From the human T2T-CHM13v2.0 reference genome, Homo sapiens: a stretch of DNA of 64,000 nt. Shown piece after piece: positions 41,197-60,260 of the stretch. The first letter of the stretch is position 1. The number at the start of each line of letters is the position of its first letter. Position numbers and translations under genes: made by a program. The notes under the pieces were generated by a model, which saw only the letters and a list, made by a program, of their open reading frames with translations, ran no database searches and was not told the DNA's origin. The stretch lies in the NCBI RefSeq assembly GCF_009914755.1, contig NC_060936.1. The stretch is one strand, 5' to 3'.

Positions 41197-42320
41197 TTAA
41201 AAGTATCTGCCTAGCATAAAGGAAAGAAAGAAAATTTGGGTTGGTGCTTAACTCTGAATCTTTAGACAGATTATATAATTTCTGTATGTGTCTGTATGTG
41301 CTACTTTTTACACTTGGAAACCCTGATGATTCCAGGTCTCCTACCTTTTTTCCTGAAACGTTATAAGAAAAAATTAGAAGTAAATGTAAGAGACCTGAAG
41401 GTTTTCAGAAATAAAAGTGCTGGAAATGCATCTGTACTTGGATGTCAGATTCATCTCCAGCTTCACGGGGTCAAAACCGTGCTTCCAGTCCTTCCTCATG
41501 ACCCTACACCCCCACCACAGGCTTCTTGGTTGATGGAAAAACTATACCACCAGTTGCTCAGGCCAAAATGTTTGACATCTTTCTCTCAATCCATCACTAA
41601 ATAATTGTCTAGTCTGCCCATCAAAGTATATCCAGAATCTGTTCACTCCTCACTGCCACCCTGGTCCAAGTCTCTGTATTCTCTCCTGATTTATCTCCTT
41701 GCTTCTAACCTTTTGCTCTCTCTCCAGTCTATTCTTAGTACAGCAGCCAGAATAACACATCAAATTGTGTCACTTCTTTGCTTCACATCTTCCAGTGGCT
41801 TCCTATTTCTCTCAGAGTAAAAGCTTAACAACGGCAAACAAGAACATAAAATTGGCCCAATTGGCCCACAGAATTGATATTTTAGGTAGCCCTCCCAGTC
41901 TTAAAACTTGAGAAAGTTACTTTGTCTTATCTAAGTTCCTTTTGCCAAAAATCAACCATCTGGCTTCCCAGATAGTATCCAGTAACTGAAACTTACCAGA
42001 TCACTGCATCTGGACAATGAGGAGCCAGACCCCTCACCCATCACAATTGTCTAACCAATCGCCTGCTTCCTGTTGATCAACTCCACTTCCTTATCCGTGC
42101 TTAATTCCTGTTTTCCTGCATGTAGTTACATTTCTTCCCTGCTATATAAACCCCTGATTTTAGTCGGCGAGATGGATTTAAGACTGATCTCCCGTTTTCT
42201 TGGCTGCAGCACCCAATTAAAGCCTTCTTCCCTGGCAATGCATATTATCTCAGCAATTGGCTTTCTGTGCAGCAAACCACAGGACCCAGACTGAACCTCT
42301 GGTGTTTCAGTAACAGATTT

Positions 42321-42338
42321 TGGTTCCCTGACCTGAAA
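42321..42338 (+). promoter_or_regulatory. tRNA-Glu primer binding site
   Basis: TGGTTCCCTGACCTGAAA versus the complement of the tRNA-Glu 3' end TGGTTCCCTGACCGGGAA (16/18), 5 nt after the LTR. Confidence 0.85.
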
Positions 42339-43533
42339 GTCTTTCCTTGTGTCTCAGCTACTGTGGGCCAGAAGAGTTTCAGAAGCCCTCCTTAGCAGCT
42401 GTTCAACCCCTTTTTGGCCAGAGGGGAGTCTTGGTCTCTCTCTCTCTGCAACCCCACCACTGCTGGCCCCAACCTTGTTCCTAATTGCCTAGGAAGAACA
42501 GCCTTTGAAACTTGACATCTGCATCCAGATAGGTGAGTGTCCTTTGTGGGCCCTGACAACAAGATCTGCTCCTCTAAATTTGGAAAAATTTTAAAGGAAT
42601 TTCTGTATGCAAATTGACAAGCCCAATTACTGAGAGAGAGAAGCACTCTGACTGTTTCCATTTGGACACTCATGGAGGTTTGTGTGTAAATGTTGTGTGT
42701 GTGTCCAGGCAAGTGAATGTCTTTCGTGGGTACCAGACAACAGGATTAGCTCCTCTCAACTTGGGAAATTTTTAAGGAATTTTTGTTTGTAAGTTGATCA
42801 AGTCCAACTGATGGAGAGAGGAAGCACCCTGACTGCTTCAGTTTGGGTACTCTTGGCGCTTGTCTTTTGCTAAGGCAGTGAGATTGTGTTTTGATAATTA
42901 TTTGTTTGTGCATTTGTCAATATAGTCATGGGAAATTAGAATTCAATAAACTGATATTCTTTTGTAATACTGTTTGGTCCCAATATTCATTGGAATCTGG
43001 AGTTTGCTGTTGAATAGGAAAGTAGGATGGAGTTCCATGTATTCAAGCTTTTATGCTGCTGTTCTAAGCACAGTTAGGCCTGGTCAGTAGGTTCCAGGTG
43101 GTGTTTTTCTGTGATGCTGTTTGCCCCCAGTGTTCTTTGGAGTCTGGGGATGTTTGCCTTTCCAAATCACACTACCATGGAAATTGCTTTACCCAAAATT
43201 CTGGTTCGGATCCTTCATTGGACTCTATCAGGACAAAGTTTGGCCATGTGAACATGTTCATAGACCAGTGAGTTTGTTTTGCTGTCTCATGGCTAGAATT
43301 CTGAAGTAAAAGCTATTGGATCTTTGTTTGTATGTGTGTGTGTACGTGCATCTGGATGTTGTGTTGCTTTTATAGGATACCAATATGGCTTATAAATAAA
43401 AGAGTGCTCATAAATAAATAAGTCCAAGCAATTTTTAAGTTCACATGATTTAAGTAAATCTTTAATTTAAAAGCTGGCTTAAAAATTATTGGTAAAATAA
43501 AAAAATAGAAATGTCTTCAGAAGAAGGTCCAAA

Positions 43534-44316
43534 TGATATGGACAGGACACAGGGAAATACTGGGTAGAAGAGGGTGGTTCCCCAGCAAAGACCCCACCCT
43601 CAAACCTAGAAACCTGTGGCCCTAAATAAGGACAGGCATTCCTGTTTTTGTGCCCAAAAGTTGCCTTCTTGCCCACCATGCCCCCCTATCCTGTACTCAT
43701 ATAATCCCCAGACCCTAGGCTCCAGCAGCAGGAGACAAGCAGACAAACAGAAGAGCAGAAGAGTGGCAGAGAAGGAGAGAAAGGAAGGAACATCAGGAGG
43801 AGTTCAGCTGGGGATGGTCAGAGAATCAGCACTGGATGGCCAAACTCCAGGGGAAGATCGTCTTCCCACTCCATTCCATTTCCAGTTCCCCATCCAACCT
43901 GCTGAAAGCCACACTCACCACCAATAAAACCCCCACATTCACCATCCTTCAAGTCTGTGTGTGACCTGATTCTTCCAGGACTCTGGACAAGAGCTTGGAA
44001 TACAAAAAGCTGTCACACTGGCCCTCTGCCCTTGCAAAAAGGCAGAGGGTTCACTGAGCTGGTTAACACTTAAACTGTCCATGGATGGAAAGGCTAAAAG
44101 AGTGCATTGTAACACTCGCCCACTTGGGTTCTAGGGGTCACAGATTCCCACCACCGGGCACTGCAGTGGGGCTGGTGCTCAGCATCCCAGCCCCTGCACC
44201 TGTCCATCTGTGTGTTCCCCCTCCCATAAGTTGTTTGAGCGGTGGCATGACTAAATAGACAAGCCACACCCCTGTTGCACATCCTGCTGGGGGGGGTCAG
44301 GGAACTCTCCATTTCA
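43534..44316 (+). mobile_element. LTR1-family solo LTR (ERV1) inside provirus #2
   Basis: TGATATGGACAGG...CAGGGAAATACTGGGTAGAAGAGGG start, ...GGAACTCTCCATTTCA end; TSD caaa / caag; empty site 'gtccaagcat' in provirus #1 (~10519). Confidence 0.88.
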
Positions 44317-45243
44317 CAAGCATGTCATAGATGGTCTGTGTAAGTCATATGTAGTGTTTTTCCTGTTTCTCTGTGTGTCTGTCATCATGCACATACAAAG
44401 AAATTAGAAAGTTGAAAATATTTAGATAGTAAAATTTTATTTAAAACCTGACAGAAAATTGGAAAAATTTGCCTAATTAGCATATCTCATAGTTAAAGCT
44501 CTTAGTCTTGATGAAGGTAAAATAAGAAATATTATAAAGAAACATATTGGTAATTTGGAAATTCTTTTTAATATAGTTAAGCATAAATCCATATTTAGCA
44601 CAGAGTCAAATTTCACATGCATGTTTGCATTGCTATGTTTCACACTGTTTTTGCTGTTTTGCATAGATACTACTAGCACTAAAATACTTATCAGTCACAT
44701 GCCTGAAGTAAATTTCTAAATTGCACAAAAGCTATAGTGGTGTTGGTGGACTTAAAGACCTTAATTTGTGTACCAGGAACAAAATATCTGTCATGTGTTT
44801 TTAGGCTCTGAATAACACTGCAGCCTCCAAGGTAAATCTAGTAGGATAAAAATTTGAGGTTGGTTTCCTATTTATTTGTTCTTTGCTCCTAATTTTCATT
44901 TATTTGCTGTTTGTTCTCCTTTGGATTTTACTTCTAATACATGTATAAGACCATTGTTTTCAAGTTTCTAATGGAAGGCTTTTATTTGGTTCTATGAACA
45001 GTGATTTTGTTTCCTATGCATTTTGAACAATTCATCATTTGTTCATTTTATCTAAAATTCCTAAGCTACCTTTGTCAAGCCTCCCAAAATTGGTAGAGCA
45101 CACCAACTATTTAACATTTGATGGGGTTTGCTCATCTCTGACAACCTATAGAGCTAGGAGAGCTTTAAGGTTCCAGGCAATAAATAAATTTTTAAATGCT
45201 TATTTTTATAGGTTCTGAACAGAAATAGCACATTATTTTGTTA

Positions 45244-45582
<339 letters not shown>

Positions 45583-48500
45583 AAAAAGTAGGTGAGAATA
45601 AAAATGTTTAAATGGTGTCTGTTTCCAAGGTAATTCAATTCAATCAATAATTTCAGCTGGTTTCAGATCTTTTCCTTTGGGTAATGAGGAAAATCTATGA
45701 CACAGGTACAAAGTTTTAATGTTCAGGAAGGATTAGCCTTGTCCTTAAAGAAATTATACTGACTTGGATTTCTCTCAAGCTCCTTTACTTGTAATTTACC
45801 ATTATCAAAATTAAGTGACATTCACTTAGATTAAATAGCAATAAAAATATGAGACTTTTCAGTGATTTTTGATCCCAAGCCTTTTATCACTATTGGGCCT
45901 TCATGTGTGTACTTGAAAACAAAATATAAACATGTTCCACTGGCTAGAAGATTCTAATGGTGAAAGTTACCTAAACAGTTGTCAGTACTGTATCTAGAAA
46001 CCAATCTCAAAAATGTGTGATGATGCTCTTTTTAAAAATAGCTGAAAAGAAATTGTGTGTTTCTTCTCATTTTGTCTTTGTTTTGTTTTCAAAACTGATA
46101 TTTGCATTTACCATTTTTTTAATAATGGAGAGAAAAGTTCATTGTTTACTTTGATGAGTTTGACATAGGACCTATCACTTTATGTTTTTGGTCACAGTTC
46201 TGTCACTAGCAATGAAACACATGCAATGAATAATTTAACTAATACAGTGTTTGAAAGTGCTGCAGCCAGTGACTACTTGACACCAAATCAGTGTTTTAAT
46301 TTGTGACATGTTAGAGAAAATACTAGCAAGTTTTGCAATATAAATGTCCTATGAACTAATCCTTGTGCTGTTAAGTTACTGGGCTTTGACTCCTGGGTCT
46401 GGAAACGGCACTGACTCTTGCTAAATATTGAACATTGACACAAGTCAAAAGCTCATCTTTAGACCCTGGAAAAGGTGACAATCAAAATGAACTGTTTTCA
46501 TGAGACACAGGGCCAGAAATTAAAACTGTTCAGTCTCTCTAGGCCCAGGGACTATTACAGAATAGGTGAACACATGAGTTTGTCAGGGCTGATTTTGAGG
46601 AATAAGATTAATTCAGAGTTTTTCTGTAAAGTTAACATTAATATCAAAAGTACACAGATGCAAGGCCAGCATCTGGGCCCCCTGTGTCAGAGTAACAGGG
46701 TTTTCTTGGAACGTCAATCTACTCTTTAATAGAAAATTGTAAGTGTTATAAAAGGTTTATGGAAATCCTACTTTATGGTCAAACTGATGCAAATTAGATA
46801 GATTTGCTTATAAAGTTTCATTAAAATGAACTTTAACATTGGTAGTATGCCATATAAGGGTAAAATTTGATTTTCTCTTTGAACGAAATTTTTGTGTAAC
46901 ATAAATGAGATAATAAAAGATTTTTGTTTACCTTGAGTAAACTGCAGGGGAAAAAAGAAGGGAGGAGAGCCAGCTTTGGTTGGCTTCATGCTGTATTTAG
47001 GTCTTACTGTTTGGAAAACTGAGTCTCCTCTCTATTAAAGAGTAAACACTTTTGTTTTATCATCTTGGCTAAATGAATATTTTATGACCTATGATTCTAT
47101 TTTGTGATAGCAAGTGCATTAAACCTTTGATATTTCACAAACTTTCCAAAAGCAAAATTTCAAGTTCCAAATTCACTTTTTTTAAGCTCAAACTAACTTT
47201 GTTAGGGATATTAGTTCCCCTGAAGCCCAAGAGAGACATATTTAGTTTGTTTGTTACCATTATACATGAAGCATTGTCAAATATGAGGTAATATTTAACT
47301 TTCTTTGGGTTACGTGGATTTTATGATATTCTGGAAACTCTGACATGTCTTTATATATATAGTAACTATTATGATTATTATGGTAAACTGTTGTATGCCA
47401 CAGAAATAACTAAATTTCCCTGGCAACTTTGTCTGTAACTATGAATGTCCTAAGACTTTTGTCATCTATGGTTGTCATTTAGTGTTGATTCCTCTCAAAA
47501 AGTGACTTATAATCAGCTACACTCCAAGACTTGCCTCTTGGAGGAGCTCATGAAAAGGACTCTTGAATGCAGTTTTCTGATAACTTTGGAGATTGTGCCA
47601 TAAGATTAGAGAGAAAACTTTCAGGACTCTAATTAAAAAGCTGATGTGTTCATAAAGATTGCTAATCCAATATGAAGCAGAGGAGGAGTTGGTTGCATGG
47701 ACTAAACTAATGGAAGGCTGAAACAATTTTTAAAAAATGACTTTTTTGTTTGAAATATTGCTCATTCTTTTTGTTTTGTTTTTTAGAGTCTGAAGAATTT
47801 TTTTCTTTCAAGCTATTTATAGCCTTTAACAATTGAGTATACTCTTTGTAAACAGAATTTAAGGCATATTTCTCTCTTTCTCTGCCTTATTTCTCCAGAA
47901 TTCATAAACTATTTGTGAATATTATTAATTCACGGTAATGTGTTTGTTTGCATATATTTAATAATAACCTGTTTTCTTTTATAATGGGACACAGCTGAAG
48001 GAACTGGTTATTCTTCCAGGGCTTTGACTGAAATGGCCTTCTGAGAGGTTCCTGCAAAGCCAGGCCTGTATAGACAATGATTCTTGCTGCACTTTGTGTG
48101 GATAATCAGGCCAAATATATGGGACTGAAGCTTATTTTGTAAGTAGTTTGGTCCTGCTATGATTTTCCCTTGGTGGAATTGGGGGACTGAGAGAGAAAGA
48201 CTATTTCAGAAGAAAACTATAGTATTACATTAACCTTTGACTCCTTACCCATGGTATGGAGCTGCCCACAACGTCCCTTCTCAGCATGAAGCATCCCAAA
48301 AGATCGACAGAAAGATTCCCCATGATTGAGAGACTGATAAATAGAAAGGGTAGGGGGACTGAAACTGGTCTACTTGTCCCATAGAACTAATGTTTACTGT
48401 TTCTTTTGAATAAAGACAGAGATTGAACTTCCCAGTCTTAAAACTTGAGAAAGTTGCTTTTGTCTTAGATCTGAGTTTCTTCCATAGGAAACCAACCATC

Positions 48501-49235
48501 AGGTCTCCCAGATAGTATCAAGGAACTGAAACATTTGCCATATCACTGCATCTGGACAATGAGATGCCAGACCACTCACCTGTCATGATTGCTTAACTGA
48601 CCGCCTGCTTCCTGTTGATCGACTTCTCTTTCTTACCCCTCCCTAATTCTTGTTTTCCTGCAAGCAGTTACATTTCTCCCCTGCTATATAAACTCCAAAT
48701 TTTATTCAGTCATGGAGATGAATTTGAGACTGATCTCCCATCTGCTCAGCTGAAGCACCCAATTAAATCCTTCTTCCCTGGCAATATGTGTTGTCTCAGT
48801 GATTGGCTTTCAATGCTTCAAGCAGCAGGACCTAGACTGAACCCTGACATTTCAGTAACAATCAGATGTGGTCTGAGCTCAACTCCCTCCCTACCATCTC
48901 CCCTGTCCCATCACTTGTTAACCTCACCTCGTGCCCACTGGGCACCAGCCACACTGGCCTCCTGGCTGCCCCTGAACACAGCAAGCACAGCACACCCAGG
49001 GGCTTTGCCTAGTCCCTCCACCTGGAATACTCTTCCCTTGAAGAGTTCCTCCTTCAAGTCTTTGCTGAATTATTTCCTTCCCAGGAGGCCCTTCTTGAGC
49101 CCCTCTGTAAAACTGCAACGAATCCCTACTTATGTTCCCGATACTCCTTTTCACGTTCTGCCTTTTTTTCTCCTGCACCGTTTATCACATTTTTAACATA
49201 TTACATAATTGAAGTATTTGTTTGTCATGTCTCTT

Positions 49236-49525
<290 letters not shown>

Positions 49526-49953
49526 TGTCAAGTCTCTTAAAAAACCTCACTCCCCACCTCAGTTAACATGTTCTCCATGGAGGTAGGGATTTGTTTTTTC
49601 TCTGTTTGGCTCATTGATGTCCCAGAGATCCTAGAATAACATTTTGCACAGTAATACTTTGCACCCACTTGGCACTGCATATGAGTTTGTGGGATGAAGG
49701 AAGATCAGTGGCCCTGTATTACTAAGAGAGCCATTGCCAATGACAGTGAAGAGAACTTTTAAGAGGAGTTACACATGATAATTAAGGGGATTCTGTTTCA
49801 ATTGCAATACTTAATATAGTCTTACTCAGATTATAATTTTGTTTGTGTCTACATCAATTTTGAAGTCTCTGAGAGTCAAAGTAATGTAGTCTTTAGCTTT
49901 TTGCCCCAAATCCCTTTACTCTTTTCATATAGTAGTCACTTGCTGAATGCTTA

Positions 49954-50374
<421 letters not shown>

Positions 50375-51155
50375 TTAAATTTAATTAAAATGATACTGAA
50401 ATATTACCCAGGTATATTTACACAGATTAATTATACTGGATTGGTAGAAATAAAAAAGAAATACTAAAAAGATGAGAGAGGGAGGAACACCCTAAGTACT
50501 GTAGGTAGATTTCTGGTTATTGCCTTCAATGACGATAGTCCAGGAGAGAGCAGAAGATGAAAGGGGTGGATTTGTCCTTCTCAGGCAATCTCAGTTCCCA
50601 TGAGCCTTCAGGGTGTGAGCATCTTGCTGTGGTGAATGGGATTCTAGTGTTTACAGATAAGCCTTCTTCATACAACATGGCCTCTATACAATTAGTGCTC
50701 AATTGTCGAAACAGCTATTTGTCCCGCTTACGAGGAATGATTTCTCTGGGTTTGGCTTCTTGAGATATAGGTATGTCAGTTTCCAACATGGAGCCAGTCT
50801 AAAAGGACTTTCAAGAGTACTTTTGACTGGGTGTGATGTTTGCTTTATTTACTGACTTTGAACCTAACCCCTATGTGTCTCCACAGTAGCCCCTCAGCAC
50901 CACAGTATTCCAAGTGGAGTCACAAAGGTGATTACTCTTTGCTGGAGATTAAAGACTAACTGCTGCTGCTGCAGAGCAAGTAGCTGGACATTGCAATAAC
51001 GTTTTCTAAATAAATAATGATGTCTCATGATGACAATGGTGACCCAGTGCTCTCATCTCTGCAAGAATGGAAGTGTAAGAAGTGGGTTTATAATATTGCA
51101 AAAATGACATATTTCAGATATAGGAAACAGTTGCCAGATTCTGAGATGGTTTCTT

Positions 51156-55058
<3,903 letters not shown>

Positions 55059-58000
55059 TGGTTTCTTAAGAGAGGTTTTAGAATCTTCTTATGTGGGAAC
55101 TTTTCCTTTTAATCTCATTCTGCCTAGAGTGGTTTATTACAAGCATTTTTCAAAGTGCATTCTAGCATTATACAACATACTAAGAGTGTTTACTCAAAAT
55201 AAGGACTCTGTCATCAAATACATCTCAGAATCATTTGAGAGGTATTAACTCAGATATATGAGAGTGGGTGGGTAAATTTTACATACTTGTAATGGCTCTT
55301 TTGGTGCACTACTTAAAATTTGTTTCAGTTGCCTTATTTCTACCTTCAGGAATAACAACAGCCAAACAAATCTTCACAGAGTTATTCTTTTAACAACATC
55401 ACCTTAATAGGGTTTCCTTTTGAACCTTTTATTTTAAAGTTACGGAGAATTTCTCACCAGTCAACAGCAAGTGTAAGATAATAACCAGAAAGGGATTCAT
55501 AGGCATTTCATGTGTATTCTGGTTTCTAAGTGGTAGAAACATTACTTGTTAGTACCAGTGACAGAGGCTGTAATTAGAATTGTGCATGTTGGTTTTTGCC
55601 TCAGCAGTAACTATGTCTGTGAAGACTTGTGATGGAATAAGGTACACTGCAAGCCACTCATAAAGGATAAGCATGTAGAGAGGACATTTCATCTACAAGA
55701 GCTTATTCATCATATATTAAGTGACAGTTTTCCCCATGTAAAATAAAAATGACATCTTATTAACTCTCCACAAATTCATCATTTTGTCTCCCTCGGAACT
55801 TTTCAAGTTCTCCAGTGAATCATTTAGGAGCAGAAGCAGCGTAATTCAACAGATGCCTTGGGAGGAAAATATGAGGCACAAAAGTAAACAGGAAAGAACA
55901 AAACCACTGAATGAGGCATTATGTTGTCTGTGTGACAATTTAAGATTTATCAGTGTCAACTTTGTGTTGCATGCACGTGAGGTTAACTTTACCCTACTTC
56001 TAGGAGTGGTTAGTTAGCAGTTAAAAGTACCCGGCTCAGGAGGCCATGCTTTTGAGGGCCTACACAGACACTTCCAATTTTGCTGTCAAAATCCATACCA
56101 GAAGTTTGTCCTTCAGTATGAGGGTTGTTAGAAAATAATGATACTCTGCTGAAATAAGTTGTGGCCAAAATAAATGGTTGGCTAGAAAGACTGTACAAGC
56201 ACCATCATCCTTGAATGACAAGGGTCTAGGATCCCAGCAAGCCCAGCAGCCTTACAGAGCTAGAACTCAGCCCTATTTGGTCCCCACACTTCACAAAGGC
56301 TCTGAGCTCAACATAACTTGAAGATAGGCTGTTCTGCCTTGGGGTAGTACCCTGTCCTCAGAGAAAGCCTGCCATGCAAAGTTGTGTGGGAGAGCCATAA
56401 GCCTGAGGAAGGACTTCTCTGAGCTCATAAGAGCAGATGGTGTAAAACTAGCTTTGTACTTGCTTGCTGATAAACATTTGCACTTCCAGCTGCATTTTAT
56501 CCATGGCTTACTTTCAATGTTACATCCCGTCTGGCTGTAAACACAAGGGACCCAGTGTTTACAAAGGATGTGGCAATCTTTAAGCAGCCACATTGGCTTA
56601 GGTTAATTTGCAACATCAGGAATCTGGTATTTGGTATTAAAGTGTGACCCAGTAAGAGGAATATTTTTATCAGTCTTCCTGGAATCACTGAAAATTTCTA
56701 GTCATTCAAATCTATCATAATTCATTCTGACAGTAACTTTGTAATTTAGTAACTTCGGCCAGTAGACTCTAATCATCTCTATGTAGATGCCACATTTTTT
56801 TAATAGATAGGAGCCATATTTGACAAGGTCTTTCTTTGGTAATAATTTAACAAGTGTTGCTGGAAAACCAGTTTTACTCTGCTTTTCAGCTAAACCCATT
56901 TGTTTCTACCATCCTGAAGAAATACTCTAGGAAAAAATAACTCCCAATTAGTGATCACTGTGTTGAGTTCTCACTGCATCTTTTCCATATTTTCAAGCCT
57001 CATGTGGACCATAGAAAGTTTTCTCTCTTGAATACATTTTAAAATTTAAGTTGATACCATTTCATGGAAAGCAGTCCCTTTACGAAGCTACAAAGCATCT
57101 TTCATGTCTTGATGCACGCGTATGTGAACGTCTGCTGCCTTCATAGAAACACAGGTGTTCGCACCATTTTTAAACACAGGGCTTCTTTTTCTATCCATTG
57201 CTACATTGTACTAATCATTTACAGTTGCCCTTTTAAGTAATAGAGGTAGGCTGTTTACTGTATATTTAATTATGGAAAAAGTGAACTATTCTTTCAAGTG
57301 AGTTATCTGTGAAAGTAGCTTTTTAAACACCTCTTAGGAAGCAAAATAATCCACCATGCTTTTATAACCATATGTTTCACAGTAAGAAGTTGGATCTTGT
57401 CCAAAGAGATGTGATATATTCTGATTATAGAAGATTTTGCTTTGCATGAATACAGGACAGACAGCAGGAATCAAATCTACTATTAATAGTAGCTCGTCCA
57501 GAAGCTATTATGCTAGTAAATCTTTCTCTTCCTTTTAGCTGCTAAAATAAAAGCTTCCTGGTTTTATTGTTACTCTTACATGTCATGAAGTAAGCCAGAA
57601 ACCTCTCACCATATTTGTTTGATAAAGTATGATGAACATTTGGCTACCTTCAGGAAATGCAGCTCTAAAATATTTGGATCTTCACCAAGGAAAACTCTAG
57701 ATTACTTTTAGTTCCTTTTCCTTATTGATTTCAGATTACAAAGCAAAGGCACCATCTTCTATGCGACAATCAACAATAAGTGGTAGAAAAATTGTGCATC
57801 CTGTCGTATAATTTTATAAATATTTTAATTTTAATCTGCCTTCACCTGTCATTGGTGCCTCCTGGGGGGAGAAAGTGTGTGTGTTTTTTTTTTTTGCTTT
57901 TTCTTTTAAAAGCAAGATTTGAATTGTCTAAGAGACTAATGGAGTATACAATTCCATTTTAGTCTCCCAGTTGTTTCATTTCTTCATTTAAATTTTATCA

Positions 58001-60014
58001 GTGAATTTGAGAGCTTATGAAAATCACAAAATGAATTACCAGCTTGAGCCAAGTAAAGTGTAGGCTGGCAGCCATGCTGTTGAGATCTGTCCCAGTTCAG
58101 TTTTGTCCTGTTGCCGCAGAGAGAGAAAATGTTAAAGCGTCTTTTATTCAGGTCTGCGTTTGAGATACAGATATGACCTGTGCTCGTGTCATGGGAGGGC
58201 TGCCCTTAAGCCCCTCTGCAGCATGGTGTTGTGGCAGTTCAGGTCTTAATCAGGGATGTAGCCAAAAACAGAATTATTAAGCTGTGGCAGAAGTGACTCG
58301 GTTTCTTAGCAAATAACCATTAAATTTTTTTATTTCTAACCCTGACCCAAGATTCTCTCACCTCAGTATTGGAGTCTGGGTCTTTGTGTGTATGTGTCTG
58401 CATCTGCCTATACCTGTGTGTGCTATCTTTGTGCTTTCTCAGCTGTGCCCCATGCTCTGGAAGCTGAGCTAGGAGGAAGAAGAGAAAGCGACAGCAAGGA
58501 GCTTCCAGGTTATACTTTGCCTGGAGCTGGAATTCAACTGCAGTAGTCTATGGAATTGAGAAAGGCTGCTGTCAGCTGATTAGCCAGATATGCAGCTGTG
58601 CTGATGGCGGCCAGGCTTATACTTGGTCACCTTGGAGACCCTAACAGGGGTGTCGAGAGAAGAGATTTACCTCTTTGCAGCTCAGGAGAATGTTCTTCTG
58701 TATCCTCACAAGCCAGAAAAGGAAAATCAAGCCCAGTAATATCTGCCACACGGAATATATTATTATCTCACCTCTTGTTTACACAAGTTTGCTATCAGAC
58801 AGGATAAGTCAGGTTATCAACACCTTTATTTTTAACTAATCATCCAATTAAAGCATACAAAAGTAATTTTCCTGAAGTCACATAGTTGATCATAGGTATA
58901 TTAATATAAACTGTTACTAGGTATATTATTAGATGTTTTATTTATAATTTCTTTTCCTTTTCCCTGTGTAATTAGGAATAAGTTTTCACTGGGCTTTTTT
59001 TCTAAAAATTAAATTAGTTTCTCTGAAAGCTAAACCACTTTCCATGGAAAAGGCCCCCAAACCCCCCTGTCTAGTTCCTTATTGTTTCTGAGTTTCATCT
59101 AAAACCGTTAGGCTGAAATAGACTATACATTGTTTAGCAAATTTTGTCATTATCTGTGATCTCCAAGATCCACGATTGGGCTGTCCCCCCAGTTTTCTTG
59201 TCCTAGGAAATCTAGACATGTCCTAAGGGAAACATTTTTTCCTAACTTCCCAATTTTCTGCTTGGCAAATTCACTTGTTATTTTAGAGAAATATTCTCTT
59301 AAATATTTTAAGTCTATTTGATCTGACTAGAGAGGAGGGAGGAAAATTAGCAGTATGGACAATCAAAGTTTGGGTTAAAGGTTCGTGGAATTTAGATAGT
59401 TTGCCATGATCTTAAGTGGATATTTCTTTTTTTTTTTTTTTGTATTTTTTAAAAAGACATTTATTGATTCGGAATATATATAAATTGTTAAGATACCTTT
59501 CTTTTCCCATATTGGTAGCAACTATCAGGTTGCACATATATATTCTAAAATAAAGAGAAACACTGGCCTGCTTCCAGCCTTTTCAGATCTGCATTCCCCA
59601 CTAAAGTGGAGAGTAGTAGCTTCTCCATACCAAAGCTTATACCACAGAATCCCCACTTTCTCCTCACAGGCTCCCCTAGTGGCCTCGTACTACAGGGTGT
59701 CATAACTCACATAACATCAGCTTTCAGACCTGGAGGAATCTTTGCAACCCAGCCCCACGGCTGAGCTCAGAGCCCTGAGCAATACTTATTTGTCTTATCT
59801 TATAGTTGGAGCTCTTTAAGGATGGAAGCGCTTCCGCGTCTGCCCAAGGTGACATATATAACCAAGCATCCCAGCCTCAAAATGCATTTTAAAACTTTTA
59901 TTTTTTCTTTCTTGCTTTCATCTTTGAAACTCTGTGTTTCACTCTTTCCCACCAGAAAGCCATCTCTAGTTTCTCCCACTCTCCTACCCAGCTTTCTCTC
60001 AGGCCCAGGACCTT

Positions 60015-60260
60015 CATTCACTTAATTGATTTATTCAGCAAACATTTGCACCAGGCACTGGGCCTAAGCGCAAGTCTTGCACCAGTGAACACGAGTGACA
60101 AGCTCCCTGCATTCATGGAGCTCACAGTCTAGTGAGACAAAGACAATAAAGGCAGTAAACACACAGATGCATATGTCATTACAACTGGGGTGATTTTCAT
60201 GAAATAAAGACTGCGCTGGTGCCTGAAGAACCTGGTAGAGGATGAACACACAGCCCTGTG
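60015..60260 (-). mobile_element. L2 3' fragment
   Basis: 'ttcattcac...attcagcaaacattt...ccaggcactgggc...catggagctcacagtctagt'. Confidence 0.7.

Noticed and set aside
48615-49196. 193-aa ORF
   Set aside because: Spans the LOR1 3' LTR into L2 sequence, lacks an ATG start (TTG) and shows no homology
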